64,000 nucleotides of DNA, taken from Candidatus Daviesbacteria bacterium. Lineage in GTDB: Bacteria > Patescibacteriota > Microgenomatia > Daviesbacterales > UBA10151. The notes beneath the pieces were generated by a model, which was not told the DNA's origin, searched no databases, and saw nothing but the letters and a program-made list of their open reading frames with translations. Of the stretch, positions 38,340-48,100 are shown piece after piece (the stretch's first letter is position 1; each line of letters begins with the position of its first letter). Location of the stretch: positions 538,763-602,762 of the forward strand of contig JACPDA010000004.1 in NCBI GenBank assembly GCA_016184225.1, read 5' to 3'. The translations under genes were made by a program, and so were the position numbers.

Positions 38340-38956
38340 TCAAGCTCCGTTTCTAACAATTGCAATTTAGGAATGGTAATGAAGTGGCTATTATAGGAAA
38401 TAAGCTTTTTATTAAGCAGGTTATTAATTTCTATGGTTACCCGCTCGCGGGAGAGCCCGGCAATGCTGGCTATATCCTGGTGGGTAAACCAGTAGGCAAT
38501 GACCGTACCCTCTTTATCCTTTTGGCCAAAACATTCGACCAGAGTTAAAAGGGTTGTCACTACTTGTTGGTAGGCATCGTTAAAAATTTTAGATTCCAGT
38601 TTTTTGATAGCTGACTGTGAAAAGGTAGTTAGTTGTTGCAAAATTTTTACACCTGCACCTGGTTTTTCTGCAATTAGTTGCTGCAGCTTGCTCTTTTCCA
38701 AGCCGTAAATTTCCACCGGTGTTAAAGATTCAAAATAGTATTTATTAGGCTCTGGATCTTTATTCCACAAGATCGGAAAAACAGAGGAAGGAGAAAATAT
38801 ATGCAGTGTTAACTCCGCGCCTTCTCCGGAAATGGTATACAACCTGATATAGCCCTGGTTTAAATAGAAGATACGGTTTAAATCATCAGAGCCGGTAATT
38901 GTCTCTTTTCTCCTAAAAAGCATCGGTTTAGATTGTTTTAAGAAACTATCCAGCAT
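38336..38956 (-). CDS. Crp/Fnr family transcriptional regulator
   Basis: cNMP-like N-domain; THQDIASIAGLSRERVT helix-turn-helix. Confidence 0.9.
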   Translation of the reverse strand: MLDSFLKQSKPMLFRRKETITGSDDLNRIFYLNQGYIRLYTISGEGAELTLHIFSPSSVFPILWNKDPEPNKYYFESLTPVEIYGLEKSKLQQLIAEKPGAGVKILQQLTTFSQSAIKKLESKIFNDAYQQVVTTLLTLVECFGQKDKEGTVIAYWFTHQDIASIAGLSRERVTIEINNLLNKKLISYNSHFITIPKLQLLETELE

Positions 38957-38993
38957 ATAGGTTGATTGCCGGATGAGTATAGCATTTGAGAGG

Positions 38994-39413
38994 TTATTCT
39001 ACAACCAAGTTCCCGACCATGCCTTTCTCGGTATGCGTGGGAACAGAACAATTATATTGGAAGGTGCCGCTTTTGTCGACAATGAAATCAATTGTGTCCT
39101 GCTCGCCCTTTTGGATGGTCTTTGTTGCGGCATTTAAGTCCTTAATGGTGAGATTATGCATGCCCAGTTCGTTTTTAAAGGTAATTCTGACCCTATCTCC
39201 AAGCTTCACTTTAATTTCCGCCGGTTCAAATTTAAAGGGAGTGCCGACTACGGTAAATTCCTTGACATTGGACTCTGTTGGTGTTGGTTGGGGTTGGACG
39301 GCCGGGGTTTGGACTTGATCAGACTGTCCTGGTTTGGACAAAAGCATCCATCCTAAAAGGGCAACCGCGATAACTATGCCAAATCCTGCGATAAATTTTG
39401 TGTTTGTACTCAT
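38994..39413 (-). CDS. Membrane-anchored cupredoxin (type 1 copper)
   Basis: FEPAEI.V..GD.V, HNL, C-x4-H-x4-M ligands. Confidence 0.85.
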   Translation of the reverse strand: MSTNTKFIAGFGIVIAVALLGWMLLSKPGQSDQVQTPAVQPQPTPTESNVKEFTVVGTPFKFEPAEIKVKLGDRVRITFKNELGMHNLTIKDLNAATKTIQKGEQDTIDFIVDKSGTFQYNCSVPTHTEKGMVGNLVVE

Positions 39414-39447
39414 TGGTGCTATTATCAACGAATTGGTCAGGGATTTC

Positions 39448-39463
39448 TGTGATTTAGGTCACA
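39448..39463. promoter_or_regulatory. Crp-type binding site TGTGA-N6-TCACA
   Basis: tgtga-tttagg-tcaca, a perfect consensus upstream of the operon containing the Crp/Fnr gene. Confidence 0.7.
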
Positions 39464-39490
39464 CTTTTTAAAAGTGGTAGAATAAATAAT

Positions 39491-40099
39491 ATGTTAGAAG
39501 CGGTTGCTAATTGGATTATATATGTCATATCAGCTCTCGGTTACCCGGGAGTGATTCTGACCATGGCTATTGAATCTGCCCTGATTCCCCTTCCTTCGGA
39601 AATAATCATGCCCTTTTCCGGATTTTTGGTTTCCACCGGCCGGTTTGACTTAAATTTAGTGGCCCTGTCCGGTGCTATTGGAAATGTTTTAGGGTCTTTG
39701 GCAGCCTATGCCTTAGGTTACTGGGGACACGAAAAGCTGGTCAGAAGGTTTATCAGACGGTTTGGCAAGTGGTTTTTGATTTCCGAGAAAGAGCTGGATG
39801 AAACGGAGAAACTGTTACGCAAATTTAAGGATTTGGTGGTTTTGGGCAGTAGGGTAGTACCCGGGATCAGGACAGTCATCTCTTTACCCTGCGGGTTTGC
39901 CAAGCTGCCTTTGGGCAGGTTTATAGTCTTAACCTTTATCGGTTCGCTGGCATGGTCATATTTCCTGGCCTGGATTGGATTTGTAATGGGGGAGAATTGG
40001 GATAGCCTGGGACCGTATTTCCATAAAGCCGATGCAGTTGTGGTGGTACTGATAATTGGGGCATCACTCTTTTACGTCTATCACAAGATTAAAAATTAG
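39491..40099 (+). CDS. DedA family membrane protein
   Basis: ESALIPLPSEII, R.VPGIRT.ISLP.G. Confidence 0.92.
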   Translation: MLEAVANWIIYVISALGYPGVILTMAIESALIPLPSEIIMPFSGFLVSTGRFDLNLVALSGAIGNVLGSLAAYALGYWGHEKLVRRFIRRFGKWFLISEKELDETEKLLRKFKDLVVLGSRVVPGIRTVISLPCGFAKLPLGRFIVLTFIGSLAWSYFLAWIGFVMGENWDSLGPYFHKADAVVVVLIIGASLFYVYHKIKN

Positions 40100-40108
40100 G
40101 TTTGTAAC

Positions 40109-40726
40109 TTACTGGAACCGGCGGATTACTCCGACGCATTTGCCCTGGATTTTGACATCAGTAGCATAAATAGGGGACATGGAGGAGTTGGCCGGCTCCA
40201 AACGGATACGGCCGGCTTCTTTGAAAAAGCGTTTTAAGGTAGCCAGGCCATTTTCCAACAGAGCTACCACTATATCTCCGTCTATGGCAGTATTTTGTTC
40301 TTCAATAATGACATAGTCTCCGTCTAAAATCCCCTCCTCTATCATGGAATCCCCTTTTACTTGCAGGACATAAGAGCGTTTCTTGCCGGAGACCATGTTA
40401 GGAGCAACTTTAATAGTGGCATCAGGGTCAGTGTAGGTCATAATTGGTTGCCCGGCGGCAATAAAACCTAAAACCGGCAGTTCGATCCCCTTTAATGTAC
40501 TGGATATTTTTTGGTCCAAAACTTCTATGCCCCTGACTGCCCCTTCAAACCGCTTGATAACGCCTTTGTGGGCTAAGGCCTGCAAATGCTCATGGACGGT
40601 GGCTAAAGAGGAAACTCCGATGGCCTCGGCTATTTCTCCCAAAGTCGGGGAGTAGCTGTATTTTTCAATGTATTGCCTGATGAAATCCAGTATCTGTTTT
40701 TGGCGGCGGTAAAGGGTTATCGGCAT
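40109..40726 (-). CDS. lexA: SOS repressor LexA
   Basis: Winged HTH (PT..EI), IAAG cleavage site, GDSM, TLK. Confidence 0.95.
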   Translation of the reverse strand: MPITLYRRQKQILDFIRQYIEKYSYSPTLGEIAEAIGVSSLATVHEHLQALAHKGVIKRFEGAVRGIEVLDQKISSTLKGIELPVLGFIAAGQPIMTYTDPDATIKVAPNMVSGKKRSYVLQVKGDSMIEEGILDGDYVIIEEQNTAIDGDIVVALLENGLATLKRFFKEAGRIRLEPANSSMSPIYATDVKIQGKCVGVIRRFQ

Positions 40727-41213
40727 GCTGTATTTACATTACCAATAAAACCCGAAAGTGTCAAGACCCTAATTTAAGGAGAGCCGTGACCGATAATTAG
40801 ATTATCCAGAAGCCCTCTTAGTGAGGACTCCCTGGTGATTTTTTCAGCAGGCATTTTTAGTTTTGGTTGATCGATAGGTGCGGTCCAGAGAGTATAAAAG
40901 GCACCGAATATTGATTCGTTTAAAACCCTCTCTGTCTTAAGCCTTATTTTGTGAATTTTGCTCATATACTGATACGGACTCAGTTGAAGGGTAGGCCCAA
41001 GAATTGTATTGGTAGATATGAATCTTTATTTTTGTCAGATCTCCATAATCTTCTTGGATGAACTTGATAACTCATCAGTATCAAGTCTTTTCCTACCCTC
41101 AACCTGAGTAGGTGCATAATAAACTTTGAAAATAAGAAGTTTAAAAAAAATATGTAATAAATAGGTTAGAACAGTGGGTTGTAATAGGTTTTGATGGTAT
41201 AATCTTACAATCA

Positions 41214-41885
41214 ATGATAAAGACAATTTTAGTTGTTGAAGATGATACCGGGCTTCAAAGATACTTAAAAGAGCTGCTCACAGAAAATAATTACTCTGTA
41301 AAAATAGCTTCAGATGGAATTGCTGCCCTCAATTCCATCTCCAAACTGCCTCCAAACCTAGTGGTTTTAGATCTGGGACTTCCCAATATGAGCGGGGAGG
41401 CGGTTTGTACGGAGATACGAAAGAAATACCCCGAGCTGACAGTAATCATCTTAACTGCCAAGGACGAAGTTTCCGAGATCGTCTATGGTTTAAACTTAGG
41501 CGCAGATGATTATATGACCAAACCGTTTCAGGCGGATGAGCTTTTGGCCAGGATAAAAGCCCGTCTGCGGCATAAAAACGGAGAAGAGGCTAAACTTAAG
41601 GTGGCTGATTTGGAACTAAATAGTGAAAAATTTGAAGTCAAACGCGCCGGCAAAACAATCCAGCTGACCCCTCAGGAGTTTAAGCTGCTGCAATATCTAA
41701 TGAGCAATAAAGGCAGAATTTTAACCAGGGAGATGATTTTAAACAGGGTGTGGCTTTATTCCAGTGATGTGGAAACCAGGGTGGTTGATGTTTACATGGG
41801 ATATCTGCGTAAAAAAATTGACTCTAATCTTTCCAAAAAACTTATCCATTCGGTTCGAGGTTTTGGCTACATGATTAAGGAATAA
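41214..41885 (+). CDS. OmpR/PhoB family response regulator
   Basis: Receiver domain, GADDYMTKPF, LT.QEF.LL, VDVY..YLRKK, VRGFGY. Confidence 0.95.
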   Translation: MIKTILVVEDDTGLQRYLKELLTENNYSVKIASDGIAALNSISKLPPNLVVLDLGLPNMSGEAVCTEIRKKYPELTVIILTAKDEVSEIVYGLNLGADDYMTKPFQADELLARIKARLRHKNGEEAKLKVADLELNSEKFEVKRAGKTIQLTPQEFKLLQYLMSNKGRILTREMILNRVWLYSSDVETRVVDVYMGYLRKKIDSNLSKKLIHSVRGFGYMIKE

Positions 41886-41960
41886 AGCAGCATCTTCTAT
41901 TACACTTTTATTACAGAATGCTTATCGGATTTTATATTAAGGTCTATAGCGTAGATCAAA

Positions 41961-42725
41961 ATGATAAAAAGGGAATGTTTGTTGGGATGTGACTTAGATG
42001 GCGTAGTGGTAGATGATGTACCCCTGATGATGAAAATCCTAAAAGCGAAATTTCCGGAAAAGTATGGCTCAGTCAGTGAGGGCGATCTAAATCTTCTCAG
42101 TCCAATACGAAACCTTGATCGTTATCCGGAGCTTCCAACTGATCGAATTGAGTTTTTGAAGGATAGCCGGTACATCCGTGATCTTTCTCCTTGTGCTGGG
42201 GTTTTAACTGGTGTGCCGTTAGTGCGGATATTTTGTGACCGGATGTATCTGATTAGCGCCAGGTGGACAAACCAAGGGGATTCCATAGAGCAGCTTTTTC
42301 AAGAATGGGGATTGTCAGGACACTTCGACGCTAAGTTTTTAAGGGGTGTAAACTCTAAAGAAAGTGCATTGGAGGCGAAACTGCGAAATGCCCAAAGAGA
42401 GGGTATTACCCATATGGTAGAAGATGACCCCGGAATTGCACTTGCGTTTGCTGAGGCTGGTATGGAAGGTGTTGCGCTTATTATTAATTGTCCGGAGAAA
42501 AACGTAGTTCCTAATGGTCCAAATCTTAAGAAATTTCGCAGTTTTCATGATTTTGCAATGGATGTTGTTAATCATCGTTCTGTGAGGGCGGTTTTTGAGC
42601 AATATGAGCCGGGGGAGAGGGATAAGATTCATCAGCCAGATCCCCTTTGCTTAGATCCTTGTGGCCTCAGGAAAATCTGTATAGTTTCCGGACAAGCTGC
42701 TTTTTCACTACTCGATCCTAGTTAA
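41961..42725 (+). CDS. HAD-superfamily (nucleotidase-like) protein
   Basis: DLDGVV motif I, ISAR, K, VEDD. Confidence 0.65.
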   Translation: MIKRECLLGCDLDGVVVDDVPLMMKILKAKFPEKYGSVSEGDLNLLSPIRNLDRYPELPTDRIEFLKDSRYIRDLSPCAGVLTGVPLVRIFCDRMYLISARWTNQGDSIEQLFQEWGLSGHFDAKFLRGVNSKESALEAKLRNAQREGITHMVEDDPGIALAFAEAGMEGVALIINCPEKNVVPNGPNLKKFRSFHDFAMDVVNHRSVRAVFEQYEPGERDKIHQPDPLCLDPCGLRKICIVSGQAAFSLLDPS

Positions 42726-42734
42726 TTCTCTATC

Positions 42735-43757
42735 CTAATTTATATACCAGTAAATACTCCCTTTTTCTTTTAGTGGATTCATCACCAGATAGACGTTTTC
42801 TGGAGAACCTGAAAGTTGACCTATGTGGTCTGCCACAGTATTAAGATAAAAAGCCATATTTCTCATTTGTTTTAAAGCATTTGGATCAGCAGGTATCAGG
42901 TCGCTCCACTTAGATGTAAAAAAAGGATTGGTTGAGAATTCTATTTTCCTTTTTATTCCTCTTAGCTTCTCTGCCTCTTCAAGCATCTCGTTATTGATTG
43001 TTTCCATGTGTTGTAAATCCGCATTTTTTCTTACAATATCTTTAACTTTTCTACCTATCATATATCCCAATCTATCTTCCATTATAGACCCAGTAAGTAT
43101 GATTCTATATTTCTCTAGAACCATTTGGACATCTTCATCATTGGAGTTTAATATCTCTTTGCGCAGTTCCCCTGCTCGCTGCTGTACCCGCAAATCAGGT
43201 ACAAGCACCAAATAAAGCGTACTGCCTTGTCTATTTCCCCTTTTATCTTCTTGGGCAATTAACTTGAGTGCTGAAACTCCTCTGTCTCTTGGCTGTGTCG
43301 CCCCTATTCCAGTTAATTCCACAAATTTAACTTCCCGAGTACCCTTACTAATTGGAGGTATCTCTGCCTTCTCTGCTAATTTTTGATTGAGTATTGACCA
43401 TTCACGGGTACCCCAATTTTGTACAGGCCTGGATTCACTCGGCCCAAACTCTTTTTCGCACTCCTCTTTCACCTTTTCATAAGTTGCAGATGTGAAAGTT
43501 ATACTTCCTGTTCCTGTTCGCAACTCCTGTAATACCGCTTGTTTTAATTCTTCAAGAAGCATTGTTTTGCCAACTCCGGCAGAACCAATTGTTACAACTC
43601 TGGCAATATCCGGGTCTTCCAGGATATCATGTGCGATGTGTGAACCAATCCGGCCGGCCCCTATAGTTCGGACATCTCTTAAGCTCGGCAATAATACTAA
43701 TGGTATATATTCTCTTTTTTCTGGATTTATTGGTTGTGGTTCGTCCTCTTTTTTCAT
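42735..43757 (-). CDS. Hypothetical protein with P-loop
   Basis: Walker A GSAGVGKT. Confidence 0.6.
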   Translation of the reverse strand: MKKEDEPQPINPEKREYIPLVLLPSLRDVRTIGAGRIGSHIAHDILEDPDIARVVTIGSAGVGKTMLLEELKQAVLQELRTGTGSITFTSATYEKVKEECEKEFGPSESRPVQNWGTREWSILNQKLAEKAEIPPISKGTREVKFVELTGIGATQPRDRGVSALKLIAQEDKRGNRQGSTLYLVLVPDLRVQQRAGELRKEILNSNDEDVQMVLEKYRIILTGSIMEDRLGYMIGRKVKDIVRKNADLQHMETINNEMLEEAEKLRGIKRKIEFSTNPFFTSKWSDLIPADPNALKQMRNMAFYLNTVADHIGQLSGSPENVYLVMNPLKEKGSIYWYIN

Positions 43758-44911
43758 GTCTTTAATTTAGGTAATCTAATTTCAATAGTTGTACCTTTAG
43801 TTAATGCTGACTTGACGGTAATCGAGCCATGATGTTGTACGATGATCGTTTTCGCCAAAAACAATCCCACACCCAAACCGTCCTGAGTATTATTAGATCC
43901 TTTGTGGAAAAGCTTAAAAATTTTAATTTGCTCTCCCTTGGGAATTCCGTGGCCGCGGTCCTTTATTTTAATAATGTAGCTTGATGAGTCTGAACTTAGG
44001 TTTAACGCAATAGGTATTTGTTGAGGGGAAAACTTGGCAGCGTTACCTAGTATATTGTTAAGTACCTGAATCAATTTTTCGGAGTCACCTACTATAGTAT
44101 ATCCTTGGCGTGGCTTTTTTTTTAGAATTAATTTTCTTTCTGGAAAGGAAAACGAGAAATTAATCATGGCTCTTCTTATGATTTCCGTTAAGCTGGTTTC
44201 CTTGAAAATATAGTGAAAAGTACCAGAATGCATACGATTGATCTCTAAAAGTTCTTGTATAAGGTGGGTTAACCTGATGCTTTCACGAGACAACTCTCTG
44301 ACCCAGGAAGCTTCTGAAGACACCTTTTTAGAGAATCTATTTTCTAAAAGTTGAATGTACCCATTTAAGGTCGTAAGAGGCGTTCGGAGTTCATGCGCTG
44401 CCAAAGCAATAAAAAGATCTCTTACCTCAACGGCTTTTTTAGTTTCTTCTTGAAGTTGTGCTTTTCGGATTGCCAAACTGGCAAAATGACCAAATAGTTT
44501 TAGAATGCTAAATTCTTTATCAGTAAAATGTTCCTCTTTCTCGGACTGCACTGTTAATACACCGATGGACTTATTTTTGTAGGATAGAGGGATCATAATA
44601 TCCGCAGATGCTTTAAGTTCCTTATACTCTGGATGAATCTTCACATTCTGGGCTCTGGTTAGAATTGTTGGTCTATGAGTGCTGAATACTTTATAAGCGT
44701 ATCCTCTCTTTCGTGGTTTTATCCTATAAAGAATTGGAGAGGAAGCATATGCTCTTTTAAATGAGCCATTTTGCATAAGCATGATTGACCCATATTTTGC
44801 TTTTACTAATTTAATTGCCTCATTAACAATGACTCTATATGTTTCGTCAAGTGTCAGTGGTTCTAAAAATTTCGGTCCGGCTTTATAAACTTTTTCAAGA
44901 ATGTTATCCAT
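43754..44911 (-). CDS. GAF sensor histidine kinase
   Basis: GAF (IPL....IGVL), AHELRTPL, NAAKFS, DRGHGI, GLGVGL. Confidence 0.92.
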   Translation of the reverse strand: MDNILEKVYKAGPKFLEPLTLDETYRVIVNEAIKLVKAKYGSIMLMQNGSFKRAYASSPILYRIKPRKRGYAYKVFSTHRPTILTRAQNVKIHPEYKELKASADIMIPLSYKNKSIGVLTVQSEKEEHFTDKEFSILKLFGHFASLAIRKAQLQEETKKAVEVRDLFIALAAHELRTPLTTLNGYIQLLENRFSKKVSSEASWVRELSRESIRLTHLIQELLEINRMHSGTFHYIFKETSLTEIIRRAMINFSFSFPERKLILKKKPRQGYTIVGDSEKLIQVLNNILGNAAKFSPQQIPIALNLSSDSSSYIIKIKDRGHGIPKGEQIKIFKLFHKGSNNTQDGLGVGLFLAKTIIVQHHGSITVKSALTKGTTIEIRLPKLKT

Positions 44912-45147
44912 ATAGAATTACCTTATCTGCAGCGGAATTATAACATAATTTTATACCAATTTCTTACAAAGCTTTATCATAATATGCGGTTATGTTCTTA
45001 CAAAAATTGCTTAATATAAGTCAAATTAACTGTCTGGCAAGTTATGTAATCTGCTAATTCTTACAAACAATGATTAATTATTGTGACGGCAGTTACAGAA
45101 ATTAGAAATTTATTATTGTAAAAATAGTGACAAAGGAAAATTAAAAA

Positions 45148-48100
45148 TTGAAAAATATTTTCAAGAAATTATTAACATTTGTTACTTTTGCTTCTTTGCT
45201 GTTTAACTTAACTCTGCCTTATCTGGCAACTTCAGTGGCCTTGGCCCAGGAAGTAACCATTGAGCCAGCCCAGATCCAGGAAACCACACCAAGTCCTGCT
45301 CCCTCTGCTGCAGCTGAGCCGTCTGTTACCCCTTTGCCTTCTGTTAGTCCTGAACCAGAGTCTACACCGGAGCCGACCCCTGATCCCACTCCGGCAGCCA
45401 GTGCAGAACCAACTCCTGCACCTTCCGCGACTCCGGCTCCTCAAATAGATCCTCAAGTGGTTGAAGTTACCCCTTCTGCTACCGTGGCGCCATCAATCTG
45501 GAACAGTGTTGACGGTGGCTTTGAGACTAATAATAATGTAGTAGTTGGCGAGGAATATAGCTTCCCGCAAAATGACAAAGTCAAAGTTAAATTTACCGCC
45601 ATTTCCCAATCATCCGGAAAGCTCCTTATTAAGGAAGTCAAATTAACCACTGAGCAAATAGAGCAAACAGGGTCTCTTACTGATACGGCTTATGAAATTA
45701 CATCTACCATGACAGACGGCACTTTCTTTTATGATTTGACTTTGCCGATTCCACCGGAAGCACAAAATAAAGAGGTTGATGTCAAGTCTTCTGAAACAGT
45801 AGAAGAGGCAGGAAATGCCCAAAAGATGACGGAGCCGGAAGAGAAAACTGCCGATACCATCACAATCCACGGCTTAAACCACTTTACTGTTTTTGTCATC
45901 ACAACTCCAAGCCCGGATACTGCCCAGCGGGTATTAATAAATGAAATTTTACCTAATCCTTCTTCCGGTCCGGAATGGATTGAACTATATAATAATGGAA
46001 CCACTGAGATGAATTTTGATGCCGGCAGCGGTTGGACCATCCGCAACTCAGCCGGAAACAGCCAATCATTAAGTAGCCTGGGTACTATTGCAGTCGGTGG
46101 CAGGAAAGTTTTTGAAGCCCCGGCCGGATGGCTCAGTAACGCTGCCCCTGAAACAGTTACTATTTCCAATGAAAACGGGACAACTATTGATACGGTTACT
46201 GTGGCCCTTTCCTCTCCCGGGGTGGCTATTGACCACTATCCCCTGGCAGGGGAATCTGTCGGGAGAAGGTCAGACGGGGTGGCAGACTGGGTATTATTTA
46301 CCACCCCCTCAAAAGGGACAGCCAATGTGGTTGCTGTATCCAGCGGTAATTTAGCCCAAACCGGCCCGGTTAGCGGGACAAGCGGTTTCCCGACCTGGTA
46401 TAAAGACGGCAACGGTATAGCTCTTGATTTAATGGAGGCTGCAGACCCTAACGGAATATCTGAGGGTGTGGAAGCAGGCAATGCCTTTTCGGAACTGATT
46501 GGCTTTGGAGCTGAAGCATTCTGGTGGTCAGCAGAGGCTGATATTGAGACTTCAGCAGGTGGTGCCCTCCTGGTCCAGGCTATTGAAGCTGCTTTTGCCG
46601 GGGAATCTGCGGTGGACGGTGAACAATCTTCCTTTGCCAGGGTCAGGATCAGGATTGATGTAGCAGAACCCGGAACATACACCGTAACATATCCTTACGG
46701 ACAAAAAGTATATGTTGTGACAGAACCCGGGACGCGGGCAATTAATGATACGGTTGATATCGGTTGTTTTGCCGCTATTGGTGTTAACAGTTGTACTCAA
46801 GATGCCGCGCCTAACTTTTCCAGCTTATTGAATGGAGGGATCGGACCGTTCTTAACCTGGAATACCTTTAATGCAAATCCCGCCCTTTCTGATCCTTTGC
46901 TGTCAGTCGGTGGTAGAAGGTATATTGGTTTGGGTACGGCAGCACATGCGGTCACCGGTAGTCCGACCGGAAATAATTTCTTCCGGGTACAAGGACCTAA
47001 TATCGGCGGTCCGGGGGTAAATGTTATTCAAACAAATTTATTTACCGTTAGCGGTCGTTTGTCTGATACCAGCGCTCCAACCATTACATTATTCGGAAGC
47101 AACCCGGTTAGTATCCTGCAGAATGCTGACTATACAGATGCCGGAGCCACAGCCATTGATACTTTCGGCGGGAATCTAACTTCGAGTATTGTAGTCAGCG
47201 GCCTGCCTGTTAATACTTCAACTCTCGGCGCAAAAATCGTGACTTACACGGTCACCGACAATTTGGGTAACAGTGCATCCACTACCAGGACGGTTAACGT
47301 TGTTGAAGCACCTACAACAGATACAACCGATCCGGTGGTAACCGTTACCGGTTCAAATCCGGCAAGCGTGGTCCAGGGAACTACATATATAGATGCCGGT
47401 GCCACCTGTCTTGATAATGTTGACGGTGACTGTACAGCTTCAATTGGTACTACCGGACTGCCTATTAATACTGCAACCCTCGGTGCTAATACTGTCACCT
47501 ATACCGGCACTGATGCTGCCGGTAATGAGGGTACGGCTACCAGAACCGTTAATGTCATAGCTGATGCTGTTGATCCGGTAATTACTGTGCTTGGATCTGA
47601 TCCGGCCAATGTCTTTATTAATGCCGATTATACGGATGCCGGTGCCACTTGTTTGGATAATGTGGCAGGCAATTGTACGGCGGGTATTGTTACTACCGGG
47701 CTGCCGATAGATACATCCTCAGGCGGTGATCATACTGTAACTTATACGTTTACGGACTCAGCCGGTAATGTCGGCTCTGATACCCGGACCGTACATGTAG
47801 CTGCAACTTTACCTGACGGATTGGTAGAAACAGGTCCTGTGGGTGCGACAACGGGCTTCCCGGCCTGGTACAGGGATTCAAATAATCTGGCTTTGGATTT
47901 AATGGAAGCAGCTGATCCTAATGGTATCTCTGAGGGTGTGGAAGCAGGTAATGCCTTTTCTGAACTGATTGGCTTTGGAGCTGAAGCCTTTTGGTGGTCG
48001 GCAGAGGCTGATATGGAAACCTCCGGAGATAACGGGGCAATTTTAGTCCAGGCTATTGAGGCCGCCTTTGCCGGGGAATCAGCAGTAAATGGTGAACAAT

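Noticed and set aside
40774-41226. Two 63-aa minus-strand ORFs between lexA and the regulator
   Set aside because: No recognisable motifs; may be a decayed gene but cannot be supported.
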